Shown one piece after another: positions 49,270 through 58,399 of a stretch of DNA of 64,000 nucleotides. The notes beneath the pieces were generated by a model that saw nothing but the letters and a program-made list of their open reading frames with translations, ran no database searches and was not told the DNA's origin. The translations under genes and the position numbers were made by a program. The DNA comes from Monocercomonoides exilis PA203. Lineage: Eukaryota > Protista > Preaxostyla. How positions within the stretch are numbered: the first letter of the stretch is position 1; every line of letters starts with the position of its first letter. Location of the stretch: contig LSRY02000037.1 of the NCBI GenBank assembly GCA_001643675.2, forward strand, positions 868,001 through 932,000, written 5' to 3'.

Positions 49270-51530
49270 TTCTTAAGTAATTGTTGAGTTGTTTTTTGAA
49301 AATGTCTTTTTTTTCAAAACTTACAAATGCAACAAATGAAAAAAAAGAAAGAAAAATGAAAAGGAAACGAAAGAAAGTTAATTTCCAATTTCATCAAGAA
49401 TGTGAATTGAGTGGTTTTTTTATCCGGATATCTTTTATATGGGAATGGAAAAATAAAAAAATCTTGATGTCATGAAAGCATGTTTGTTTCTTAAAAATAA
49501 ACACAAGAAATAATGGGTCAATCAACTCTCTCTTGATAATTTTTCTGGAATTTTCTTGTTTTCTTTCATCTCCAGAATTATCATCTAAAAAAACTTGTTT
49601 TCGTGGAATTTTCCTTTTCTTTGGTTTTTCATCATCAAACAATTTTTTTTTCCATAGTTTTATCATCGTCATCATTCCTTATCTTCTCATCTTTCATTTT
49701 CTTTTGATTTCTTAATTCATCTAAAAAATCTTGGTCTGTAATTATTTTTCCATGAAAATCAAATCTGTGGTTTTTTTTCTTCAGTGTTACAGAAGGCTCA
49801 TCAGACAACGTTGAAAGAACAGCTTGCCATTGATTTGACAACACTCCGCTTTTGACAAACGAAGAAACAATTGTTTCAGGTAATACTACTGTTTGCAGAG
49901 CCTGGGGAAGATCATCTGCAAATGCTTTTCTTCGAAGAGAGACAGATGAAAATGAAGGAACGAAATATTTCGTGTAAAAAACATTTTTTTGAAGACCGTA
50001 AATACTTTACGGTCCAGAAGTTGAGTGAGGTGTGTGCTGTGATGGATGAAAGTAACCACGTTGATGAAGGCGTCAGTGAATTTTTGCCAAATGTCGGGCT
50101 GAGCTCTCGATGGATGAGAGTCCAGCAGAAGAAGGCAATTTTCTTCATCTTTGTTCAAAAGAGTTCGTCTTTCCACGATTACTGGAAGGAGAACATCTTC
50201 TGCATATCAAACAAATATTGCGTCGGTCATCCAGCCATCATTGTCTTCCTAAATATTCATAAAAGAGCTGAGCGTCACACGCAGTTTGGCTGGAATCTAC
50301 TTTTTAATTCCAAAAAACAATGCTTTTTTGTGAAAATCTGTCTGTTGTCAATGCAAAACACAACGTTGTGTTTGGTGTATTCATTGGTGTTTTGTTGAAT
50401 TTAGCTGGTGAGTCTGAAGGATGCACAACAAGCTTTTTGGTTGTATCTGAGAGGCGAAGGGAAGATTCCTCGTTATGAAATATCTTAGAAGAAGAATATT
50501 TGTCAATATTCTGAAGATGTTAAAGAAGTTCATAGAAAGGCTGGAGAGAATGTTTATTTGAAACAGGCAATCAATAAATATCAACGTTAGGTGGAAAAGA
50601 CTATTTAAGGTGTGGATTCCTTTTAATGAATGAGAAGAGCGTTGACTTCGAATTTTCAATTTTTTCTTTTTCTTCTTTAAATAGTTTTTTGTCTGTCAGA
50701 AATGACAGATTCCATCGAAAATAAGATAACATAAAAATTTTGATCTGTTTATAAATGAAAAAGAAAACCAATTGTTTCATTTGAGAAACAGAAATGCTCA
50801 CTCCACTTGAACTTTCACAGCGAATAACATCCTCCACTGTTTTTTTTCTTCATCTGTTAATAGCTCTGGGTGAACTATTTTGCAGACTTTTCTTTTGTTT
50901 TCCAAAGCTGCAATTGCTCTGTTAATGACAAAATGGCTGAATTCATGCAGATTGGCTGCATCCACTATCCTTGCCTTTCCATCTGAAACTATTGTTGCAA
51001 TTCGTTCCAAACGATTTTCTATTTTCCAATAACCAAATGACATCATTTGATTTCTAATATTTCGTAATCCTTGTTCCTTTTTGTTTTTAATGTAAGTCAT
51101 TTCAAAAAAATTCTGGTAATGACACTTTTTTATTTTTATAAAAGAATTATTTTTTGAAATGAAAAAAAAAAAAAAAATCGAAAAAAACATTTCGATCAAA
51201 TTCCAACTTGAAAAGCCCTCTTGCTATTTCCTAATCTCCTCGGGTGGTTGCACCAGTCAGAGATGAAGAAGCAAGCCTCCACCCTCTCCTTATCTCCTTA
51301 TATTGAGAGATTTTGTGCAGAAATTTTTTCTGAATTTCCGAAAACAGAAATTTTCTTTCATGCTGAAAACTGTAAAAAAGAATATGAAAAGCAGGTGGAA
51401 ATAATAAATTATTAACTATTAAAGTCACGATGAAAAAAAGAACTGAGATAACACCACCCTATTCATAAAAATTGTAACATGTGAAATCATTAGTTTGAGA
51501 AAAAAGTTCAAGATGTAAATTTCATTGGAA
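49270..51530 (-). mobile_element. Decayed pogo-like DD35D transposon, copy 2 (inverted relative to copy 1)
   Basis: ORF 50798-51199 nearly identical to 3768-4052; LLLLDSHPSR..(35 aa)..TQLLDRKVF in 49886-50176; has an internal deletion/rearrangement near 50300-50380. Confidence 0.85.
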
Positions 51531-52167
51531 AGTTTTTTGTCTGATCAAAAATTGTTTAAAGCTCACAATTTTTAATTTTTCACTTTTTGAAAAGACTGAA
51601 ATTATTATTGACTCTGCAAAATGGAAATAATTTGCTGAATAATATGTGATTGACAAAAAATAGTTTGTCACAGTTTTCTTTTGATAAATGAAATTGTGAA
51701 AAGAACAATGAAATATGAATTTTTTGTTGAATTGAAAATTTTAAATTCATGTTATTATTTGTTCAATGTTCAAATAAGCAAGAAATCGTAAAAAAATAAT
51801 AAACATTTTTGAAAGAAATTGATACACTTCTAATTATTCATTTAGAAAATAATTTCATTTTCTGAAAAATAATCAACCCTATTGTCAATTCGCCTTGGAA
51901 AAAAAAAAACCAAGCTTCAATTTCAAAAATGGTGTTGTTTCTTTATCATTAAAGTCAAATACCAAAAAGATAGGGAATGGTGTTCCAAAAAAGAGAGATA
52001 CAAACATTATAACCAAGTTCTTCACTCAACATTTAAATCGAAATTATGAATAGAACAAACTGAAAGTTTTCACTGAAAGAATTTGAAAATGAATGAATAT
52101 TGATGTGAAACAAAAATCATTTCAACGCAATAATCTTTCAAATCAAAATGAAAACAAACTCATCAAT
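51164..52167 (+). repeat. ~1.0-kb direct repeat, copy 1 (ends at the left terminus of DIRS element 2)
   Basis: Apparently identical to 56951-57954 (constant offset 5787). Confidence 0.92.
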
Positions 52168-52271
52168 TAAAATGCATAACATTTTAATTGTCAAGAAAAC
52201 TTCCATTCAATTTCTTCTCTTCTTGTTGAGAGATGCCACTTTATGGGTCATGTCACTTTTCGTGATCAAAA

Positions 52272-53126
52272 ATGTTTAGCACCCCACAAGCTCCATTGCA
52301 AGCCGGACTCGCACCTTCAATTGGTTCTGCTATGCAGATCAGTGGGCCAACGAGTTCCCAATGCAGTAGTTCACAAATGCCAACAGCTTCTTCAAATATC
52401 TTTTCACATGCTGAAGTAGAGCTACAGCCTTCTCCCATCTTATCCGAAGCCACAGATTCTCGAAGTATTGATGATTTGTTCAAATCAATATTTGGTGTCG
52501 AACCAACAACTTCCCTTTTTGATTTACGAATGCCGAAGACGATGTTGGAGGACATTGCAACGTGCTACAACGAACAGGATTTCAGCCCGGTTTTACATGC
52601 ATCTCCTCCAGCATCAAGCAGAACGTCCTTTTGGTATCGGGATGCCTTAGACAGAGCAGGTGAACGAGTAGAGAAATTCTTGTATCCTACATTTAAGGCG
52701 TTGCTAATGGCGCTTCAAGTCAAGAGCGATGAAGCAGAGAGCCACGAACGGATGATAAAGGACGCAATTCTAATGGTTTCCCAAGCACTTCATGAAGCAA
52801 GGAAGTGCAGAATTGAAGGAAGATTCGGTTTTCGCGCAGCAGAAAAGATGGACTCAGAACCATCAGGAGGCCTGTTGACCCAGCGTCAGGCACAGATATT
52901 GGAAGAACTATCAAAAGAGCAGAAGAAGCAACAGGGACCTGCATATATTTTTGCTTCTGCAAAGAGCAGTTCCTTTCAAAAATACAACCCGAGGCCACCA
53001 ACTACCAGAGGAAAACAGTTTTTTCAGGGAAGACCCCGGTCGTCCATGTTTCGAAGCACTGGAGCAAGGAGAGATTATTGGAAGAGAAGCTCCTCGGGAC
53101 GAACCGCGGGACTGCAGAAGAATTAG
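52272..53126 (+). CDS. gag-like ORF1 of DIRS element 2 (284 aa)
   Basis: ATG immediately after the left ITR; helical core and basic C-terminal tail. Assigned by position. Confidence 0.8.
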   Translation: MFSTPQAPLQAGLAPSIGSAMQISGPTSSQCSSSQMPTASSNIFSHAEVELQPSPILSEATDSRSIDDLFKSIFGVEPTTSLFDLRMPKTMLEDIATCYNEQDFSPVLHASPPASSRTSFWYRDALDRAGERVEKFLYPTFKALLMALQVKSDEAESHERMIKDAILMVSQALHEARKCRIEGRFGFRAAEKMDSEPSGGLLTQRQAQILEELSKEQKKQQGPAYIFASAKSSSFQKYNPRPPTTRGKQFFQGRPRSSMFRSTGARRDYWKRSSSGRTAGLQKN

Positions 53127-56100
53127 AAGAAGCTCAGACGAGAAGGACTTTGGAGGCTGGAAAGATAGGAGGTCGGACAGCAAACTATATTCAAGAATGG
53201 AGAAAGATCGACGGAGGAAAACTAATAAAAAATGGAGTCCAGGCGCATTGGCGCAATCGCAGAGCAAGAGATGGTTTGGAAAAGATAAAAACCAGGGACG
53301 GAGCAGCACAAATGAGCATGAACCAAAGGATGGCTTTTCGAAAGGAATTGCAGGAGCAGCTGGAAACAGGGATTGTGAGCAGAATTCCTCCCAAAGAGGT
53401 GAAATTTCGGAACAGTATTTTCCTCATTCGAAAGAAGTCCGGAGCCTGGAGGCAGATTTTGGATTGCCGAATGCTGAACGCTGCAATGACGAAATCGCAT
53501 TTCAAATGCGAGAACGAAAGAACTGTCGAAAAATTGATAATCAGGAACGACTTCGCTGTGACAATGGATTTGTCTCAAGCCTATTATCTAATTCCTGTTT
53601 CAAACGAACTCAGACCTTATCTGACGTTCAGATTCGAAGGCATCGATTATGCTTTCAACGGCATGCCGTTCGGCTACACAGATGCGCCAAGGTATTTCAC
53701 AAAAGTCATGAAAAAAGTCACAACGGAAATCAAAAGAAAATGGAAAGTGAGAGTGATATCATACTTGGACGATCTGATTCTCCTGCATCAAGATTTCAAC
53801 ATGTTGAAAGAGATCACAAGCGAGGTGATTCGATTTTTGGAAAATCTGGGCTTGATTATCAACAAGGAAAAATGTTCATTAACCCCGGGGAGAAAGTTCG
53901 CTTTTCTGGGATTTGCATGGGACACAGAAACATTCACTGTTCAATTGAGCGAGGAGAGGTTGGGATCTCTCAAAGCGATGCTGAGTCAATGGAGAGTGAA
54001 GGCAATAAGAGCCAAAACAGTTCGAATAAAGGATTTTGCCTCAGCAATTGGAAAGCTCAGCGCTGTAAGATTCGTATACCAGGATGCGTCACTTCACCTT
54101 GCAGCTCATCATCGTCTTCTGCAGAGGAACGTGAAGACATACGGATGGAACATGACAATGAGGATGAATGCTTCAGTGTTGAGGGAAATGCAGGAGTGGC
54201 AATGGATGTTGAGCCGGAATCGACGGAGAACATTACAACCAGTGTTTATTCCCCAGGCTGTGTTAACGACAGATGCTGCGGAAACAGCATGGGGTGCAAC
54301 ATTCAGAGTGAACAACAATATTATGGATTGGCACGCCAAGTTCCCCAACTATGCCCGCCGCCAATCATCCAACTTCAGAGAACAACTAGCTGTTTTGCAA
54401 GCGCTTCGCCATTTTTCTCGGACAATTCAAGAAAACAAAATATCCCATCTGTTGCTTCGATCGGACAACAGCTCAGTGGTTTTCAACATAAATCGTTGGA
54501 GCGCTGGGAAGAATCTTCGACCAGTGTTACGCAAGATATGGAAATGGACGGAGGAGAGGAATCTGACAATAAAAGCACAACATCTTCCAGGAAGAAAGAA
54601 CCACAGAGCAGATGCGCTGTCACGATTGGAAAGGGCAGGCGACTACGAAATAAAGGACGAAGCACTCGAAGAGTTTCTTGCACAGTTGAAAGTGAGACCG
54701 ACTCTCGATGCTTTTGCATCGGAACACAATCACAAAGTGGAAAGATGGTGTGGAGTGGGCAGTCCAATTGCCGAAGACGGATTGACAGTTCCTTGGAGCA
54801 ACGAGTGTGTTCTAGCTCATCCACCGATACCTCTGATTCCGATGGTAATACGAAAGGCTCAGATGGAGAAAGCTCGAGCGATTATACTCCTGCCGAGCTG
54901 GAAGGGTCAGAATTGGGACATCCTTCTTCGAACAAGCAATTATTACAGCTTGGAGTTGAATTACAGCTCCAAGATTCTTCTGGAGGGTCCATGGATGAAG
55001 AGGACGGGAGCCTGCCTTCCTCCAGGGAAGATGAAAGTGATCTTGCTGAATCCATCAAGAAGAGAGGTGAAGCCTGGTGGATGCACGCGCTTCATGAAAG
55101 AAATGTCCGCTTGGAGCTCGCAGAGGAGTGCAAGGCTGGAATCGCACAAACGACATGGGATGGGTATCTATTCTGTTTCGCACACTTTTCAGACCAGTGG
55201 AAGAAGTGTGCCCATGGGCATATACCAGACAACTTGCCGGACTGGACCGTCAAATGCGCAGATGTATTTTTGACAATGAAGAATAGAGGATTCAAGGTTT
55301 CTGTTATACAGATGGTAAGAGCAGCAGTGTCATTTTATTCGGTTCTAGCTTTCAATACAGCATTGGGAGATATTGCAATCATCAGGATCCTATTCAGAGC
55401 ATTTCGAAGAAACGACACATCAAGAAAGAAGATGGCTCCAGAGATTTGGAATCCGAATGTTTTGTTAAAATACTTCACCGAGTTAGGCCCAAACAACAAG
55501 TTATCTTTCAAGACATTAACAATGAAGGTTATCACCTTGACAATGCTCTTCTCTGCCTGCAGATTTACAGAATTGGAGCGTGTCAACATGGAGAACTCTC
55601 GGTTTGAAGAGGAAGGTGTATATTTGGACACAGTGTTGAAAACATCACACACACGGTCAGAGATTGCAGTTCCTTTTCTACACGATCTCCCACTTATTTG
55701 TCCAGCTTCTGCAATTAAGGATTTGTATTTCCTGGTAAAACAAAAACAGAACAGCAACAAACTTCTGCTCAATACTACAACATTCGAGCCGCTGACTGCT
55801 TCGGGTATCCGCAAGTTAGCTAAGGAGGCAATGAAGCTTGCAGGAGTTCCTCAGAGATTCAAGCCGTACTCTTTAAAGGCAGCAACCTTGTCAACATTAA
55901 CAATGGCAGGAATCCCGCCTTCACAGATTGCCAAGTTTGCAAGGCTTTCACCGAAGACAGATACTCTGGTTAAGCACTATTTCAAAACCAATTTGGCATC
56001 GTCAATGGCACGAGTAATAGCTGGAACAATGAAGGAACAGAAGATTGGTGACTGTGAGAAGGAAGAAAGTCCGATAGTTAGTGATGAAGAGGAAGAAAAA

Positions 56101-56415
56101 AGAGAACAATCCACTGATGGAACCCTTTCAGAAAAGGAATCCAAGTGTGAAGAAGTTGAGGCATCTATGGAGGAGTTGGTGGAAGAAGAAAAAACGAAGA
56201 CCGTCAGGATGACAAGGACAAGAGGAAAGAAGTCGCATATTCAAGGAGAGGACGATAGAACTCAAGACGCATTGAATTGTGAACAGCACAGACAAGAAGA
56301 AGAAAAGGACATTTTCATTATTCGCACAAGGGCACAAGCCAAAAGAGAGTCCAAGACATATGATTTCCGCTCCTTCGGTCGAAGTCCAGACGGCAAAGCA
56401 ACAGCTTCCAACTAA
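52951..56415 (+). CDS. Long ORF overlapping pol; C-terminal part (~55040-56030) is a tyrosine recombinase
   Basis: LFSACRFTEL (Arg I), LKT (Lys), CPASAI, PYSLKAA, FARLS, KHY (nucleophile Tyr at 55978-55980). True start unknown. Confidence 0.88.
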   Translation: MLLQRAVPFKNTTRGHQLPEENSFFREDPGRPCFEALEQGEIIGREAPRDEPRDCRRIRRSSDEKDFGGWKDRRSDSKLYSRMEKDRRRKTNKKWSPGALAQSQSKRWFGKDKNQGRSSTNEHEPKDGFSKGIAGAAGNRDCEQNSSQRGEISEQYFPHSKEVRSLEADFGLPNAERCNDEIAFQMRERKNCRKIDNQERLRCDNGFVSSLLSNSCFKRTQTLSDVQIRRHRLCFQRHAVRLHRCAKVFHKSHEKSHNGNQKKMESESDIILGRSDSPASRFQHVERDHKRGDSIFGKSGLDYQQGKMFINPGEKVRFSGICMGHRNIHCSIERGEVGISQSDAESMESEGNKSQNSSNKGFCLSNWKAQRCKIRIPGCVTSPCSSSSSSAEEREDIRMEHDNEDECFSVEGNAGVAMDVEPESTENITTSVYSPGCVNDRCCGNSMGCNIQSEQQYYGLARQVPQLCPPPIIQLQRTTSCFASASPFFSDNSRKQNIPSVASIGQQLSGFQHKSLERWEESSTSVTQDMEMDGGEESDNKSTTSSRKKEPQSRCAVTIGKGRRLRNKGRSTRRVSCTVESETDSRCFCIGTQSQSGKMVWSGQSNCRRRIDSSLEQRVCSSSSTDTSDSDGNTKGSDGESSSDYTPAELEGSELGHPSSNKQLLQLGVELQLQDSSGGSMDEEDGSLPSSREDESDLAESIKKRGEAWWMHALHERNVRLELAEECKAGIAQTTWDGYLFCFAHFSDQWKKCAHGHIPDNLPDWTVKCADVFLTMKNRGFKVSVIQMVRAAVSFYSVLAFNTALGDIAIIRILFRAFRRNDTSRKKMAPEIWNPNVLLKYFTELGPNNKLSFKTLTMKVITLTMLFSACRFTELERVNMENSRFEEEGVYLDTVLKTSHTRSEIAVPFLHDLPLICPASAIKDLYFLVKQKQNSNKLLLNTTTFEPLTASGIRKLAKEAMKLAGVPQRFKPYSLKAATLSTLTMAGIPPSQIAKFARLSPKTDTLVKHYFKTNLASSMARVIAGTMKEQKIGDCEKEESPIVSDEEEEKREQSTDGTLSEKESKCEEVEASMEELVEEEKTKTVRMTRTRGKKSHIQGEDDRTQDALNCEQHRQEEEKDIFIIRTRAQAKRESKTYDFRSFGRSPDGKATASN
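53078..55273 (+). CDS. Reverse transcriptase - RNase H - Dam-like methyltransferase polyprotein of DIRS element 2
   Basis: FLIRKKSGAWRQILDCRMLN, MDLSQAY, MPFGYTDAPRYF, SYLDDL, FLG; RNase H TTDAA/NFRE/RSDN/ADALSR (D-E-D-D intact); MT-like DAFAS..PWSNECVLAHPPIPLIP..ILLPSW. Confidence 0.95.
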   Translation: MEEKLLGTNRGTAEELEEAQTRRTLEAGKIGGRTANYIQEWRKIDGGKLIKNGVQAHWRNRRARDGLEKIKTRDGAAQMSMNQRMAFRKELQEQLETGIVSRIPPKEVKFRNSIFLIRKKSGAWRQILDCRMLNAAMTKSHFKCENERTVEKLIIRNDFAVTMDLSQAYYLIPVSNELRPYLTFRFEGIDYAFNGMPFGYTDAPRYFTKVMKKVTTEIKRKWKVRVISYLDDLILLHQDFNMLKEITSEVIRFLENLGLIINKEKCSLTPGRKFAFLGFAWDTETFTVQLSEERLGSLKAMLSQWRVKAIRAKTVRIKDFASAIGKLSAVRFVYQDASLHLAAHHRLLQRNVKTYGWNMTMRMNASVLREMQEWQWMLSRNRRRTLQPVFIPQAVLTTDAAETAWGATFRVNNNIMDWHAKFPNYARRQSSNFREQLAVLQALRHFSRTIQENKISHLLLRSDNSSVVFNINRWSAGKNLRPVLRKIWKWTEERNLTIKAQHLPGRKNHRADALSRLERAGDYEIKDEALEEFLAQLKVRPTLDAFASEHNHKVERWCGVGSPIAEDGLTVPWSNECVLAHPPIPLIPMVIRKAQMEKARAIILLPSWKGQNWDILLRTSNYYSLELNYSSKILLEGPWMKRTGACLPPGKMKVILLNPSRREVKPGGCTRFMKEMSAWSSQRSARLESHKRHGMGIYSVSHTFQTSGRSVPMGIYQTTCRTGPSNAQMYF

Positions 56416-56420
56416 GTTTT

Positions 56421-56522
56421 TCTCTCAACAAGAAGAGAAGAAATTGAATGGAAGTTTTCTTGACAATTAAAATGTTATGCATTTTAATTAGAAAAGAAAA
56501 CAAACATTCAATTTCTTCTCTT
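56421..56522. repeat. Internal complementary region (ICR) of DIRS element 2
   Basis: Reverse complement of the left terminus 52165-52232 joined to the reverse complement of the right terminus ~56699-56733. Implied circle junction ..CTTTTCT-AA-TTAAAATGC.. Confidence 0.94.
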
Positions 56523-56950
56523 TGCCCACCCCCCTTTTTTGTTACCCGACCCCTTTTTGATATTTTTTTTTTTTTTTTTTTCTCTTCTCGCGCCAATATG
56601 GTTTTTTATGGCGCAAAATATTTTGAGATCAGTACATGTCGTCATGCCTTTTTATCACTTCAAGTGACATGACCCATTAAGTGGCATCTCTCAACAAGAA
56701 GAGAAGAAATTGAATGTTTGTTTTCTTTTCTAAAAAAAGTTCTTGAAAAAGAAACACTTCACTTCTCGTTCAAGAAAAATGAATATCAAATTATGATTCC
56801 ATTCAAAATATGGCAAAGCAATTAGTCAAAAATGCAAATATACAAATATTCATTGCAATTCACAAACAATAACTTATAATGAATAAATTCAAGAGTAATT
56901 AAAATGGTTATTTAAGAAAAATATTTGTAACTTAAAAAAAAATAATTATT

Positions 56951-57954
56951 AAAAAAAAAAAAAATCGAAAAAAACATTTCGATCAAATTCCAACTTGAAA
57001 AGCCCTCTTGCTATTTCCTAATCTCCTCGGGTGGTTGCACCAGTCAGAGATGAAGAAGCAAGCCTCCACCCTCTCCTTATCTCCTTATATTGAGAGATTT
57101 TGTGCAGAAATTTTTTCTGAATTTCCGAAAACAGAAATTTTCTTTCATGCTGAAAACTGTAAAAAAGAATATGAAAAGCAGGTGGAAATAATAAATTATT
57201 AACTATTAAAGTCACGATGAAAAAAAGAACTGAGATAACACCACCCTATTCATAAAAATTGTAACATGTGAAATCATTAGTTTGAGAAAAAAGTTCAAGA
57301 TGTAAATTTCATTGGAAAGTTTTTTGTCTGATCAAAAATTGTTTAAAGCTCACAATTTTTAATTTTTCACTTTTTGAAAAGACTGAAATTATTATTGACT
57401 CTGCAAAATGGAAATAATTTGCTGAATAATATGTGATTGACAAAAAATAGTTTGTCACAGTTTTCTTTTGATAAATGAAATTGTGAAAAGAACAATGAAA
57501 TATGAATTTTTTGTTGAATTGAAAATTTTAAATTCATGTTATTATTTGTTCAATGTTCAAATAAGCAAGAAATCGTAAAAAAATAATAAACATTTTTGAA
57601 AGAAATTGATACACTTCTAATTATTCATTTAGAAAATAATTTCATTTTCTGAAAAATAATCAACCCTATTGTCAATTCGCCTTGGAAAAAAAAAAACCAA
57701 GCTTCAATTTCAAAAATGGTGTTGTTTCTTTATCATTAAAGTCAAATACCAAAAAGATAGGGAATGGTGTTCCAAAAAAGAGAGATACAAACATTATAAC
57801 CAAGTTCTTCACTCAACATTTAAATCGAAATTATGAATAGAACAAACTGAAAGTTTTCACTGAAAGAATTTGAAAATGAATGAATATTGATGTGAAACAA
57901 AAATCATTTCAACGCAATAATCTTTCAAATCAAAATGAAAACAAACTCATCAAT
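56951..57954 (+). repeat. ~1.0-kb direct repeat, copy 2
   Basis: Duplicate of 51164-52167; ORF-track peptides at 51221/57008 and 51231/57018 are identical. Confidence 0.92.
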
Positions 57955-58399
57955 AAATATTCTTCTGCAAAAACGCAAAACAGAATAATGATAAATAGTG
58001 AATGCAAGGGTGTGGAATTACATATATACATGTTGTTGAAGATAAAAGGTGTTTGAGAAACAATATCAACAAAAACAAAAAGACATCTCTTTTATGAGTG
58101 TCACTCTCAAAAGATGTGAAACGAAACTGAATGCAAAAGATGAAATCAAGAATATATAAAACAGCTAACATTCACATGATACAATCGCAGAACTCAAACA
58201 ATTTGCAAACAAAATCTCTTTCAACAAAAATAGAATTTAAACTGAAATTTCAAAAAGATTCAACATTAATAACAAAAAAGAGAACAAAAAATTGAAGTTG
58301 CTTTCAAAAAAACAAAAAAGATTGGAAAAAACACATTAAAGCTTTTTATATTCTTCATTCACTCATCAGAATGTTTCACTTTGTCTTAAACAACATTTT

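Larger units (their letters stand above)
52165..56733 (+). mobile_element. DIRS-type tyrosine-recombinase retrotransposon, element 2 (apparently intact, 4.57 kb)
   Basis: ITR cores 52204-52258 / 56662-56716 (one mismatch seen); ICR 56421-56522 complementary to both termini; three uninterrupted overlapping ORFs. Confidence 0.96.

Noticed and set aside
51860-51885. GAAAAATAATCAACCCTA as a possible terminus/TIR of the pogo element or a MITE
   Set aside because: Resembles the GGGT-type TIRs, but I found no partner end and no equivalent beside the 3.4-5.6 kb copy.
51164-57954. LTR retrotransposon with 1-kb LTRs
   Set aside because: The repeats lack TG..CA ends and TSD, include part of the pogo relic, and the enclosed element has its own ITR/ICR termini and a YR rather than an integrase.
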